The notes under the pieces were generated by a model. That model did not search any database. It was not told the origin of the DNA and was given only the letters and a program-made list of their open reading frames with translations. From the NCBI GenBank assembly GCA_002269645.1, contig NIVC01001601.1:62001-126000 (forward strand): a stretch of 64,000 nucleotides of DNA, written 5' to 3'. Shown here one piece after another: positions 12,573 to 25,539 of the stretch. How positions within the stretch are numbered: position 1 is the first letter of the stretch; each line of letters begins with the position of its first letter. The position numbers and the translations under genes are program-made. The stretch is from Macrostomum lignano (lineage: Eukaryota).

Positions 12573-15500
12573 TCAATAGGACCCTCGCGGGGCCATCGGG
12601 AAGGTCTTGCGAATGCCGAGGCACTTCTCGCGGTCGATAAACAGCGAGTTGTTCTTCACTGACAGGTCGTGTTCCAGGGCCGACTTCGTCTTCAGCAGGT
12701 GTTGCAGGGCGTTCTCAGCTTCCCGAAGCTTTGCCTGCAGCTGCTCCACGGTTTCGCGAATTTCCTGAACCTCAGAAACCAGCCTGGAAGAAGATAGAGG
12801 TAAAGTACGAGTATGACATTCCTTCATTGTAAACTCACTCCTAGAGATCTGATTAGCCGACAGCCACCTCACTCCTAGAGATCTGATTAGCCGACAGCCA
12901 CCTCACTCCTAGAGATCTGATTAGCCGACAGCCACCTCACTCCTAGAGATCTGATTGGCCGACAGCCACCTCACTCCTAGAGATCTGATTGGCCGACGGC
13001 CACCTCACTCCTAGAGATCTGATTGGCCGACAGCCACCTCATTCCTAGAGTTCTGATTGGCCGATCAGCCAGGATTGAGACGCTGTATTTTATTTTAGCC
13101 CCCTGAAAAAAGAGACCAAAGGGTACTATAATTTGTTTGTTTTCTTGAATTCAAAAGTCAACTTCATTTGCCTGCCATAAACTTAAGTGTTTGGTGTGCT
13201 TGGCTCCAACAGGCTATCCTCACCTGTGCTGCGCTGGGTCGCGACAGAGCTCAACGTTTGGCCGGTGGATTCGAGTCTCCAGGCGAGTCTGCGCCACCTG
13301 GTAGGGCGCCTCCTTGTCCTTGATAGACTTCTTCAAGAACTCGATGTTCTTTTCCATATCGAAGACCTCCTGCAGCACTTTGTCCAGGTGAGTCTGCAGC
13401 TTATTCCTGGCGTCGGTGCACTCCTGGACTCGTTCGCTCAGCGCCGTGTTGACGCAGTTGAACTGCTTCCACATGTCGTTGGCGCAATCGTTGAGCACCT
13501 TGTCCAGCTCGGCGCGGAGGTTCTTGCTAGCCGCCCGTTCAGCCTGCGAGCGCTGGATGTTTTCGTTGCTGAACTTGGCCCAGGTCTCCGGGACAGACAG
13601 CCTGTCAAGGTAGCAAACGGTACCGGATGAGTTAGTACGAGCGTAATGTATACGCTATACTCTCAGCGCCATTTTTATTAACCTAAGAGTACTTACGTTC
13701 TGTCGAGTTGCTCGATTCCGTTGTGGAATGCGATACCGCCGGACGTGTTGCGCAGGCCGTGGCACTTCTCATCGAGGTGCTGGGCTGAGAATTTGTCGGC
13801 CGTGTCCTTCTCCAACTCGTGCTGGGCAGCTCGGTTCAGGCTGCGAGTGAAGGAGTGGAGTTTGAGAAGGTATACACATTTAGCCTTGAATAAGGCTGCA
13901 TGTAGACTGGGGTAGAGGTGGTTAGCGGTGTTGGACATTGGTGGGGGGTTATGCGGCCGTTGATAAGGCTGTACACTGGGGTGGAGGTTAGCGGTGTTGG
14001 ACAGTGGCGGGGGGTTAGGCGGCCGTTGATAAGGCTGTACACTGGAGTGGGGGTTAGTGGAGGGTTAGTGGAGTTGGACAGTGGCGGGGGGGTTAGGCGG
14101 CCGTTGATAAGGCCGGCTGTACACTGGGGTGGAGGTTAGCGGTGTTGGACAGTGGCGGGGGGGTTATGCGGCCGTTGATAAGGCTGTACACTGGGGTGGA
14201 GGTTAGCGGTGTTGGACAGTGGCGGGGGTTAGGCGGCCGTTGATAAGGCTGTACACTGGAGTGGGGGTTAGTGGAGGGTTAGTGGAGTTGGACAGTGGCG
14301 GGGGGTTAGGCGGCCGTTGATAAGGCCGGCTGTACACTGGGGTGGAGGTTAGCGGTGTTGGACAGTGGCGGGGGGGTTAGGCGGCCGTTGATAAGGCTGT
14401 ACACTGGGGTGGGGGTTAGTGGAGTTGGACATTGGCGGGGAGTTAGGCGGCCTTGAATAGGGCTGTGCACAAATGTGGGGGGGGGTTAGTGGACTTGGAC
14501 ACTGGACAGTTGGCGGGGTGTTAGGCGGCCGTGGATAAGGCTGTACACTGGGGTGGGGGTTAGTGGAGTTGGACATTGGCGGGGAGTTAGGCGGCCTTGA
14601 AATAGGGCTGTGCACATATGTGGGGGGTTAGTGGACTTGGACACTGGACAGTTGGCGGGGTGTTAGGCGGCCGTGGATAAAGCTTTACAATGGGGTGGGG
14701 TGGAACAGGAACTGTCAAGCAAATCGAGATACCATGCACTGTACTCGTATTTATAGCACGATGATCATTTGAAAAACTCACTTTAGCTGCACATTGGCCT
14801 TGTCAATAACAGCCCTGATCTTGTCTTGACATTGTTTGATAACATCCACCTCCTGTTAATGGAACATATTTATTAATTATTTAGAATTAGAACGGTAACT
14901 TAACTTTTTGGAATCAATATGTACTTTATGCAGACAACAAGCTTAGGACTTAAGACTTAGGACTTCGATAATAGACTTAAGGCAGGTAGTTATTCATGCT
15001 CATCTTTATGAGCCCAGACGACACAAGCTGACACAGTGTGTACAGCGGCTTTGCCTTTTGCATAGTCAGGTATACTCACAGCACACTCTTGTGCCTTGAA
15101 GTGGATGAGTACTCGCTTTATGCTAATTTCCGTGCAAAAAAGTCTACTTAACCCAAAACAGTTCAGCCCTATAATAAAACGATAAGGCATGAAATTTTAC
15201 ACCGTTTTTATTTGTGGCCAATCAATGATTTGGTGCCATTATCTCCAAACCCCCTTACAGGTACAGCGATCTATATATCCCATTATCGGAGTTTTTGTCC
15301 AATAACAGCACTAATGCATTTCGGCATCGCATGTCGTTGAACAGAAAGTGACCCAAAAAGTCACCGTAAGATTGCACACCCTGTACCTACTAGTCTGCCC
15401 TCGCCCACATTCCTCAAGCATTCATTTCACAGCATTTTTTGAACTACATTTCCAGAGCAATGGCAATAAAAATATACAGGTCTACATTAGCTAAATTTCT

Positions 15501-16505
15501 CCATTCAAACGTTTTTTATACACTTTAATGCTGTCCAAATCTTCCAGCTCACCCTCAGCAGGTCTTTCTCGACCAGGTCGTGCACAAGATCGATGCCCTG
15601 ACGCTTCTCGCGGTTGTACAGGCACTCCTGCGCCACGTGCAGCGGGTTTTCGGTCTCGCCGAGGGCCTTCTCCGCGATGCGCTTGGCCTCCTGCAGGCTG
15701 GAAATCTCGGACACCATGTTGTCGGTCTCGTGCTGCAGCTCCGTCTTCCAGAAGTTGATGTCCGTGACACGCTCGCCGAGACGTTTGCCGCTCTCCTCCT
15801 GGGCTCGCTTGGTCCGGTCCTCGCCTTCGCGGCAGAGTCGCAGCGTGTCGTATCGGATGCGCTCCGCGTTGCCGCGCACTCGGTCGGACACCGAGTAGTT
15901 GCTGAGGTTGGCGCTCATCCAGTCGTTGGGCGTGTAGCGAGTGTAGAGAGCGTTGCGCGCCGCGGAGAACACTGGCGGTACCTGTCGCCAGTTAGGATTA
16001 GTGTGCAGGGGATTTTGATACTTAGACACTTACACGCTCGCACAAGGTGTACAACGATCCGAATTTTCCTATGTCAGGCACAATGTGCATGCTCTATGCC
16101 CTGAAGGATTGGCACTTTCAAATTCCGAATTCATGTGCCTGCGCTTTCAGTCGACTCGTTACCGCTGAGCTCTCAATGCACCCTAATCCATAGACCTTGA
16201 AAAGCTATTTGACTCAGTAAGCAAGAATTTCTTACCTTGATGCCCTCCAGCTCAGCCAAGTTGGCCCGAGCGCTCAGTGGGCCCGACTGGCTCTGCATTA
16301 GGGCCGTCGTCGGGCTCACCTTAGCCGTCTGGTAATAGGTGCTCGGTCGCCATGGCAACGAGGTCAGTGATCGCCTCAGCGGAGACGGACCCGGCATGGT
16401 GTCGAAGGTCTTCTGCGCACCGACGGCTGGCAGAAAGCAGGCGGACTGTGCGGTCCGCGGTCCGGTGGTGTAGCTGGCGGTCTGCGTGTGGCCCAGGTAC
16501 TCCAT
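12573..16505 (-). CDS. TEKT3: Tektin-3 (ciliary/flagellar microtubule inner protein), 500 aa
   Basis: Exons 16505-16236, 15981-15553, 14852-14782 ([23 protein letters not shown], too short for the ORF track), 13840-13697, 13601-13224, 12783-12573. All introns GT-AG, phases consistent, total 1503 nt. Motifs [30 protein letters not shown] and the tektin nonapeptide RPNVELCRD. Confidence 0.95.
12833..13066. repeat. 34-bp CCAAT-containing minisatellite in tektin intron 5
   Basis: Unit CTCACTCCTAGAGATCTGATT(A/G)GCCGACAGCCAC, about 7 copies. Confidence 0.93.
13905..14700. repeat. Complex G-rich minisatellite in tektin intron 3
   Basis: Recurring GGCGGCCGTTGATAAGGCTGTACACTGGGGTGG...GGACAGTGGCGGGGGTTA with length variants. 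Confidence 0.9.
16346..16359. promoter_or_regulatory. RFX X-box inside tektin coding exon 1
   Basis: GTCGCC-AT-GGCAAC is a 14-bp match to the X-box consensus GTYNCC-AT-GGNAAC. Function is inferred. Confidence 0.5.
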
Positions 16506-16721
16506 GAGTGGTTCGAGCTAGACGATTTCGGAGCTGAGTTCAAAGAATCTGACGGCTCAGAAACAAATCAAGCGGCTGTTTGTCCGGCGAAGCTGGAACG
16601 GAAGTCAAACAAAAACTGACTGAGCCAAAACTGAGATGAAACTCGGCTTCTTGATGGCTTCAACTTCCCGCGCGCTGAGTTTTCAAATCTGCCGCCGGCC
16701 CGGTCCCCAGGGAGAGACGCC

Positions 16722-16736
16722 GTTGCCCTTAGCAAC
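16722..16736. promoter_or_regulatory. RFX X-box in tektin promoter
   Basis: GTTGCC-CTT-AGCAAC fits GTNRCC(N0-3)RGYAAC, about 220 bp upstream of the tektin ATG. RFX control of ciliary genes is well established. Confidence 0.7.
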
Positions 16737-18870
16737 GGGGCGGGGATGAAGTGGAAAGGGGGGTTGGAGCAAAGAGGGAGAGAGCTGGGATGTCTGTCCA
16801 AGCTGTCTGAGACAATGGGATGCTTGAAGACACCGCCGGAGCATACGGTATTGGGGCTGCCTGGTGGAGTGGGAGGCTACAGTCGGAGGCAGCATAAGTG
16901 GGGATATTTTCCTTTTCCTCAACCGCACTCTAGTGCATTTAACTTTACTGTGCCCTCCACAGCGTTTCACTCTACTCCCTTACCAAACCCCTGCCATTTT
17001 CAATCTACCCAATTATCTCGCGCTGAAGGCTTCCAGCTGGGAAGGCCTCAACCCCCTCCTAATTAATTATTAATAAGCTTGCCTATCCCATGCACACAGC
17101 CTGTCTATCCGGAGTCCCACAGCAGCTCTTCAAGCGGGAACCGCCACCCAAATTTTCTCTTTCAAGTCCCCCTGCAGCGTTCTGGCGGTGAGGGGATGCC
17201 GCTGACATGCAAAAAGGCAAAGAGACAAAGTGAGTGATGTCTGTTCCAACCAGTTAGAGGCAGATCTTCATGACATGAGCATTTGCTGACAGTGACAGGG
17301 TTTCAGTGTTACAGCCAGCAATAATGCAAATACACATGCAACATTGCAACTGGCTGAAGTGGAGCTGAAATCACCTAAGTTAGAAAGATGCATGAAAATA
17401 CCTGTGCACTCTGAATTCTAACATTGTTAGAATGTTTCAAAGCCACTAAAAGTATAGAATATGTTTTGAGACTGCTAAAACATTTTAAAATTAAATTAAA
17501 TTAACAATTGTCTTATGACTGCAATATTCCAAATAATATTGGATCCACAGTCATGCAATGAAATTTTCAAATATTGCTTCATAAGAATAAAAAGCATATG
17601 TTACTTAATGAAAAATAAAAAACATACAACAATTTCTTTTACAGCAAGACCCTAATCACCTTTGCAAATGAATAAAATGGCTACCTCAAAGAAAAATGGT
17701 TTGAGTTGTTATATAACACTATATAAAATATGTAAATCTATAGCATATACATACTGCTGCCTCATTAACAAAAATCATCATTATTGATTCCATTTGAAAT
17801 GAGTGCAACACAAATGCAGCCACAACAGAATCATCTGTAGTAACTTTGCAACCTAGAATTTTAACGCATGGAAAAATATTTAAATTAATGAATCTAGTCA
17901 AAAATTAATTCAAAACCTGTCTGTTTTTAATGCTTAAAAGACACCTTAAGATTTTGAAAATGAATAATCTGACGGTTTACACAGAAGGTAGAATATGCTT
18001 GTACTAAATTTATTCATTGAACCAGTATTTACTGGTAACTAAGGACGTTGTTACTTTTTATAAAATAATTAAACGTGCGAAACAAGAGGATTGCTGTCAA
18101 ATAGTCTGAAACGACCGAAAGCAGTGTTCATAAACTGAACTTAAAACATTGTCTTGAGTATTACATCTAAGTAGTACATAATCAAATATCATTGGGAAAG
18201 TGGCTGAAAACTGCGTGTTTCGTTACCTTACCAGACTTTTTGACACATCTTAAGAACACAGACTCAGACAAAATCGTTTTTTGTCATTGAAAAGTACTGA
18301 AAAAATCATTTACCTTAATGATTGTTAAATTTAACTAAATGTAACCTAGCAACAATAAATACTCTAGAAATTATGTCAATTATATTCTTGCAGGTATGAA
18401 AAAACTTAATCATAAAGTTGTTTTGAACAACTTACATCTTTAGGCAAAAATAAATAGAAGTTGTTTTACTGCAAAACGTAAACTAAATTACACCGATATT
18501 ATTTTATTTAACTCATGAATGGTCATGCAAAGGAAATTAGGCATTCCTCAAGACTCTACTAATACCCCAATTCTATAAAATGAGGAAAATTTTGTTTATG
18601 ATTGTACGACGTATTTTACAATAGTCTTTTTTGCATCGTGAGTAAAATATATATAAAAACTTTAGTGCATGGGCGCGTTAATTGAACCTCGGTAGCGAAC
18701 GTACGCACATGTAACAATACCTGCCACACATCTCTTCACCAACTAGCCGGCTAAAGTACAGTACAGAAAAGCTAATCATTTTCTTCAAGCTAGCTTCAAA
18801 TAACTCCATAGACACAACCTTCCCCACGCGAACCAATATAATTTTATTATCTCAGACACAAACTTAACGG

Positions 18871-19060
18871 CAAGGGCGTCGATGTCACTGGGGAGAGGGC
18901 AGTGGAAATGCCCCAGTAAGAGCTGTTGGGGGGGACATGTTATGCTTTGTTCCCCACCCCACCTTATAACTCTTTATCGAAATCACGAGTTTTGCTTTTG
19001 GACTGTCAAAATATAATTCAAGCGCCTGCGGCGCCAAAAAGAGTACATGCGGTGCCGAAA
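18871..19060 (+). mobile_element. Degenerate MITE copy (9463 family)
   Basis: Starts CAAGGGCGTCG and shares ATGCTTTGT(T)CCCC..CCCCACCTT and AGCGCCTGCGGCGCC with the 9463 copy. Confidence 0.6.
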
Positions 19061-19529
19061 AAGCATGGTACTAAAAACCCGAGAATGAAATTTAATATTT
19101 GTCGAAATTAAAGTCAACCGCAGCAGTCTAACAGAAACCTGTGAAATTGAAGGCCAAAACTTAGGCAGCACAAGTTTCAATCGAACATGTCTCTGAACTT
19201 ATTGTAATCGTACGTACATGTAGCTCATTTACGCTCCGTACAGTACAGCATACATGTACATGTATGCATGCATGAAAGAAAGTTTACGAAAGCTCAGTTT
19301 TATTTGTATCGACAAATATCGTACGTAAGGGTGTAGTTTAAATAAAAACCATTGCTGTTCAAAGTTTTCTATTTTGCACTTTATAATCATTTACATGTAC
19401 ATGTACAAGTAACACAGTAGCTACTGTACCAATTTCTAACCAATTACCAGTGTCAACCTAGAGAACAGACAGCTAAAAACTAAGCAATGCAAATTAGTGA
19501 CATTCTGAGCGCCATGGCTCAGCATTAAT

Positions 19530-22333
19530 TCAGACTGAAGTTTGGCCACCTCCTCCACTGACGGCAGTTCCAACAGTTCCGGTACTTCCGGTCCTGGATT
19601 CCAAAGCGAGGACGTCCTCGTCTTTCAACACTGTGAACGACGGCCCAGCCTGTTTGAAGGCTGCGCGCTTCTGTTGCACCTGCTGCTGCTGCTGCTGCTG
19701 CTGAGGAAGCTGCTGAGGAAGCTGCTGAGACATCGACTTGGCCGCCGCTTTTCTGCGACTTTGGCATATCATCTGACCCTCGGCGGCCAGGCCCATGAAG
19801 ACCAGGTCCACAATCTTGGGGTCCTCAGCCGCCGACACCTGTGAGAAACGATTGTTTGTTTGACGAAGCAATTAAAGGGCAGATATGCAACCGACAGCTC
19901 AGCCGCAGCTATATTGCAGCGCATCTGAAGGCTGCGTACGGCTGTTCAGTCCAAGGACTGGGGGGCCGCCACACGCACCCTCAATTACCCCAGCTAATGC
20001 TGTCACCCATTTTACAGCTGGGTGAACTGAAGCAATGCAGATTCAAGTGTCTTGCTCAAAGACATTAAATAGTTTCAGTGGGATCTGGAATCGAACCCCC
20101 GACCTTCAAGTCGTGAGTCCGACGCTCTAACCACTAGGCTACAACCCCAGCTATAAGCAGCTATAAAACACGGCAATGCAAGTTGACTAACCGCACGTAC
20201 TTTGAAGCATCAATAAGTACACAGGTATATCCTCGTAGTTTACGTATAATTTTCGTGTTGTTAGCGAACAAAAAGGGCGATATTTGAATCCACACGGCCA
20301 GCGAGAGAAATGAATAACTGTCAGTCTTTTCGCTTGCCCGGGGATTTGTACTTAGTCATCTGTTTTCCACTTCTCCTGTTCACATGGGCGGATTGGAGAG
20401 ACAGAGAGGGGGCAGTTGCGGCGTCATGTGGTCATCGCAGCTCCCTCCCGAATGCTTCACCTCCATACCTATCCATAATTTCCAAGTTGGTTCTTCAGGC
20501 CATCGCAGAGGCACCCAAGCTGCATTCGGTGCCTCGATCCTGACAATCGGCACAATGTGCCCTCCGTGTTCGCTGCAGTTTCTAAAACGTCATCACAGAT
20601 ATGTTTTCCCAGACTACTATTTCTCCCTACTGCATGCAGCTGTTACACAGATGTCCATCTCCGTATGTCCTCATTAGAGCAATCAGTCAGCAGATGCACC
20701 TGCGATATAAAATGTGTAAATCTACGCGAGGACCTGAACAGTTGGTGGCACAGCTGGTGATGGTGTCTGACTTCCTGGGGTGCCGCGAGTTGATGCACTT
20801 TTATGCTACTGAACGAACTACCTTAGCTAGTTTTGAATCTACCTCACGGGCTATAAATCTACCTCTCTAGTTCTGAATCTACTTCTCTGGCTCTGAATCT
20901 ACCTCTCTGGTTCTAAATCTACCTCTCTGGCTCTGAATCTACCTCTCTAGTTCTGAATCTACCTCTCTAGTTCTGAATCTACCTCTCTAGTTCTGAATCC
21001 ACCTCTCTGGTTCTGAATCTACCTATCTGGTTCTGAATCTACCTCTCTAGTTCTGAATCTACCTCTCTAGTTCTGAATCTACCTCTCTAGTTCTGAATCT
21101 ACCTCTCTGGTTCTGAATCTACCTATCTGGTTCTGAATCTACCTCTCTAGTTCTGAATCTACCTCTCTAGTTCTGAATCTACCTCTCTAGTTCTGAATCT
21201 ACCTCTCTGGTTCTGAATCTACTTCTTCCGGTTCTGAATCTACCTCTCTAGTTCTGAATCTACCTCTCTAGTTCTGAATCTACCTCTCTAGTTCTGAATC
21301 TACCTATCTGGTTCTGAATCTACCTCTCTACCTCTCTAGTTCTGAATCTACCTCTCTAGTTCTGAATCTACCTCTCTAGTTCTGAATCTACTTCTTCCGG
21401 TTCTGAATCTACCTCTCTAGTTCTGAATCTACCTCTCTAGTTCTGAATCTACCTCTCTAGTTCTGAATCTACTTCTTCCGGTTCTGAATCTACCTCTCTA
21501 GTTCTGAATCTACCTCTCTGGCTCTGAATCTACCTCTCTAGTTCTGAATCTACCTCTCTGGTTTTGAATCTACCTCTCTAGTTCGGAATCTACTTCTTCC
21601 GGTTCTGAATCTACCTCTCTAGTTCTGAATCTACTTCTTCCGGTTCTGAATCTACCTCTCTAGTTCTGAATCAACCTCTCTGGTTCTGAATCTACTTCCC
21701 TGTGGTTTTGAATTTACCTCGCTGGCTCTGAATCTACCTCTGTCGTTCTGAATCTACCTCTCTGGCTTCGACTTTATCAAACTTCCTGTCACTGTGTCTA
21801 CCTACATACACCGATACATAATCAAATTAACCTTCTGGAAATTTATATCAGCATCTTACAGTTCAAATCTTAGTCAAACAAACTTTGCTGGATTTCGGTA
21901 ACTCTTGCGGCGAGGGAAACCCTTCTGCGGGCTTTTATCCACGCTTAGATCTGCGCTTCTGCGCTCCACATGATCGAGACGGCGCAGTTATTTGGCAACA
22001 GCTGCCATCTGCACCAGGAAGCCCTGCATCAGCACCTCCATGCCGGCTTCTCTCCGATGGAGAAAAGCTGACGGCTACCGCAATAAAATGAACTGCAGGG
22101 CCCCGTGCGGCATCGGAACGAGATTTAAAATCGCTATTTGATAGCCATTCGGCACTGTGTTCCCCAATCTGCTTCCGATATTCTCTGTTCTTATCCAGCG
22201 TATTTCTGATTTATGACCCACTGTGCTGCACATTCGGCTGCTTATAGAAATATCAGTTAGACGGATTGCAAGAAGACAGACGGGTATACAAATAGGATTG
22301 TAATACAGAATCGAAAAATAAACAGACAGACAC

Positions 22334-22414
<81 letters not shown>

Positions 22415-22435
22415 GAGACAGAGAGACAGGCAGGC

Positions 22436-22483
<48 letters not shown>

Positions 22484-23839
22484 CAGAAGCGAGTCCTCAC
22501 CAGGAAGTGGCGGCAGTGGAACTGGCTGCTGAGGATCTCCATATCCGCCTTGTCCACGTGTCCCCTGTGCGCCATGTCCGTCTTGTTGCCAATCAGGACA
22601 ATCGGCAGCCGCTCAGAGCCCCGAACGGAGCGAATCAACTCGAGGAACAGCCGGGTTCTGGGCGCGCTGTCCAGCATGGTGACGTCATAGATGACCAGGA
22701 AGCAGTCCGCCCAGTCCAGACAGGCGGACAGGCCGGAAAATCCGCGACGCTATTGAGGCGCGAAGGAGGAGTTGACAGGGTTGGTAAAAACTGGGAAAAA
22801 TACCTGGGCGTCAGAGGTTGGGATGTCAGGATTTGTTGTGACAAAAGTATGGATGTCAGATGAAGAATGTTTGAATCAGAATTTCAGTTTCAAGAACCGG
22901 GATGTCAAAATCTGGGGTGTCAGATAGTTATGACTCAGAAGTTGACAAGTTGACTTCAGCATCATCTTGTTAGAATTTGGAGTGTCAGCAGTTGGGGTGT
23001 CAGCAGTGGGGTTGTCAGCTGTTGGGGTGCCAGCAGTCGGGGTGTCAGTAGTCGGAGTGTCAGAAGTGGGGTGTCAGCAGTTGGGATGTCAGCAGTTGGG
23101 ATGTCAGCAGTTGGGATGTCAGCAGTTGGGATGTCAGCAGTTGGGATGTCAGCAGTTGGGATGTCAGCAGTTGGGGTGTCAGCAGTTGGGATGTCAACAG
23201 TTAGAGTGCACGGACTACTTAAATAAACGACAATTAGGTAGTCCGTGTTAGAGTGTCATCAGTTGCAGCGTCAGAATGTGGGGTGTCAGCAGTTGGGGTG
23301 TCAGCAGTTGGGATGTCAGCAGTTGGGATGTCAGCAGTTAGAGTGTCATCAGTTGCAGCGTCAGAATGTGGGGTGTCTTCAGTTGGTTTCATAATTCGGG
23401 GTGTCAGCAGTTGGGGCATTAGTAGTTGAGGTATCAGGAAGTCGGACTGTCAGATAGTGAGGCTGTCAGTGCGGTTGTCAGAAGTTTGAGAGTCAGTGAA
23501 TCATCCGGCAGGGTTCCGGCATCTATGTCAGCAATCAAGATCAGCAGACCTCATACGAAGATGTGTCCAGAATCTCGACATCGATGGGATTCTCCTGCAC
23601 CACGATCTGGTGCCTGTAGATGACGTCACAGCTGGATTGATAGGACTCGATGAACTTTTTAGTCATGTAGCGAACTAAAATGGCTGCAAAACAGTTCGCG
23701 CACAATGCAGCAAGAAGTCACTTCTCATTGCGTTTGCGTTTTCTGCAGAAACTGAAGCAGTTTGCTCACCTGACTTGCCGCTGCCATCGGGACCGATAAG
23801 GATCAGCCTGACCGGCCCGCCGCCGCCACGCTCCGACAT
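19530..23839 (-). CDS. RERG/RERGL-like Ras-family small GTPase, 253 aa
   Basis: Exons 23839-23770 (MSERGGGGPVRLILIGPDGSGKS, P-loop), 23683-23550 (AILVRYMTKKFIESY...VEILDTSSYE), 22749-22501 (WADCFLVIYDVT...IVLIGNKTD, G4), 19838-19530 (VSAAEDPKIVDLVF, G5, then polyQ and ...GGQTSV stop). Phases 1/0/0 are consistent. Subfamily assignment is from recalled motifs. Confidence 0.85.
19877..20148 (-). mobile_element. tRNA-derived CORE-like SINE, copy 2 (intact head)
   Basis: Minus strand begins GGGGTTGTAGCCTAGTGGTTAGAGCGTCGGACTCACGACTTGAAGGTCGGGGGTTCGATTCC, followed by the CORE-like segment and the 3' region shared with the other copies. Ends ~35 nt before the GTPase exon 4 acceptor. Confidence 0.88.
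20836..21770. repeat. 20-bp satellite (TTCTGAATCTACCTCTCTAG)n in GTPase intron 3
   Basis: Tandem copies seen directly. Confidence 0.96.
22322..22482. repeat. (GACA)n microsatellite
   Basis: Seen directly; abuts the GTPase exon 3 donor. Confidence 0.96.
22975..23480. repeat. 15-bp minisatellite (GTCAGCAGTTGGGAT)n in GTPase intron 2
   Basis: Tandem copies seen directly; gives the LGCQQ repeat ORF. Confidence 0.92.
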
Positions 23840-23949
23840 ATTTTTTTAATTACTTTTAATTAAACCCGATTGTTCCGACTGGGTCTGTGTGTGTGTGAAT
23901 TTGACAATCAGGTGAGCTGAGGTACGGCCTGTGTGGATTCTTGTAATCC

Positions 23950-24303
23950 GTGTCCGTCTGTCTTAGTGTCTGTCTTAGTGTCTGTCTCAGTGTCTGTCCT
24001 AGTGTCTGTCTTAGTGTCTGTCTTAGTGTCTGTCTTAGTGTCTGTCTCAGTGTCTGTCTTAGTGTCTGTCTTAGTGTCTGTCTTAGGGTCTGTCTTAGAG
24101 TCTGTCTTAGTGTCTGTCTTAGTGTCTGTCTGTCTGTCTTAGTGTCTGTCTTAGTGTCTGTCTTAGTGTCTGTCTGTCTGTCTTAGTGTCTGTCTTAGTG
24201 TCTGTCTTAGTGTCTGTCTTAGTGTCTGTCTTAGTGTCTGTCTTAGTGTCTGTCTTAGTGTCTGTCTTAGTGTCTGTCTTATTGTCTCTCTGTCTGTCTT
24301 AGT
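23950..24303. repeat. 12-bp repeat (TGTCTTAGTGTC)n
   Basis: Seen directly. Confidence 0.95.
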
Positions 24304-24721
24304 GTTTGCCTCAGTTTTTTACCTCGCAAACGCACCTGCGTCAGTGGCGTCAGTGAATCCTGGGCCAGGAGCAGTCACTGGCTGGTTCGTACTGCGGACG
24401 CTCTTCTCAGCTGATGCAGCTGCGCAAACTCTCAGACGCAGGTTCACGTTTCGCTTGACTTGACTTTCTGTTCCGATGTCGTCGCCTTCGAGTGGACTGC
24501 CGCGAGGGAACAAGTATAAGACAGATTTAAAGCTGGGATTGAAATCCACTTCCAGAATTTCTTCCCGTCTGCACCCGGCCATCTGGCGCTGTCAATTTTG
24601 CCTCTCCCTCTGTGGACTCCCCGCACTGCTGTGTGCGGCCAGCCAATGCTGCTGGCTTTGCGGTGCGAAGAACCGCTGCGAGGGTCCGCGCCAACCTCTG
24701 CACCCGCCCGGGTCAATTGGT

Positions 24722-25257
<536 letters not shown>

Positions 25258-25539
25258 TGCAGATGCTCGCTTCTTAATGCTGCAGAATGGGGAAGCAAGT
25301 CTCAGTGTAAACACAACTGTTGCATCTACAAGGCTAGAAGAGATTCCAGTACAAACCTCTTCGCCCTGAATTCATTTGTCTAAACAAACACTTCTTCGAC
25401 TGCTTCCCAACATTTTAATACAAGAATATTTTCAAGACCTTCTACAGTCAGAACATCGGCATCTGACCTGCCTTGACCATCTAAAAATGTCTGCACAATA
25501 AGCTATGAAAGATTCTGCTGGTGGTTACCAGAAGAGTGC

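Noticed and set aside
20075-20148. tRNA gene
   Set aside because: It has A/B boxes but no matching acceptor stem and continues into a CORE-like SINE body, so it is a SINE head. The same applies at 5691 and 36084.
24319-24582. ORF upstream of the GTPase as an extra coding exon
   Set aside because: It has a GT donor, but the nearest candidate acceptor leads to a stop before the GTPase ATG. At most a 5' UTR exon or uORF.
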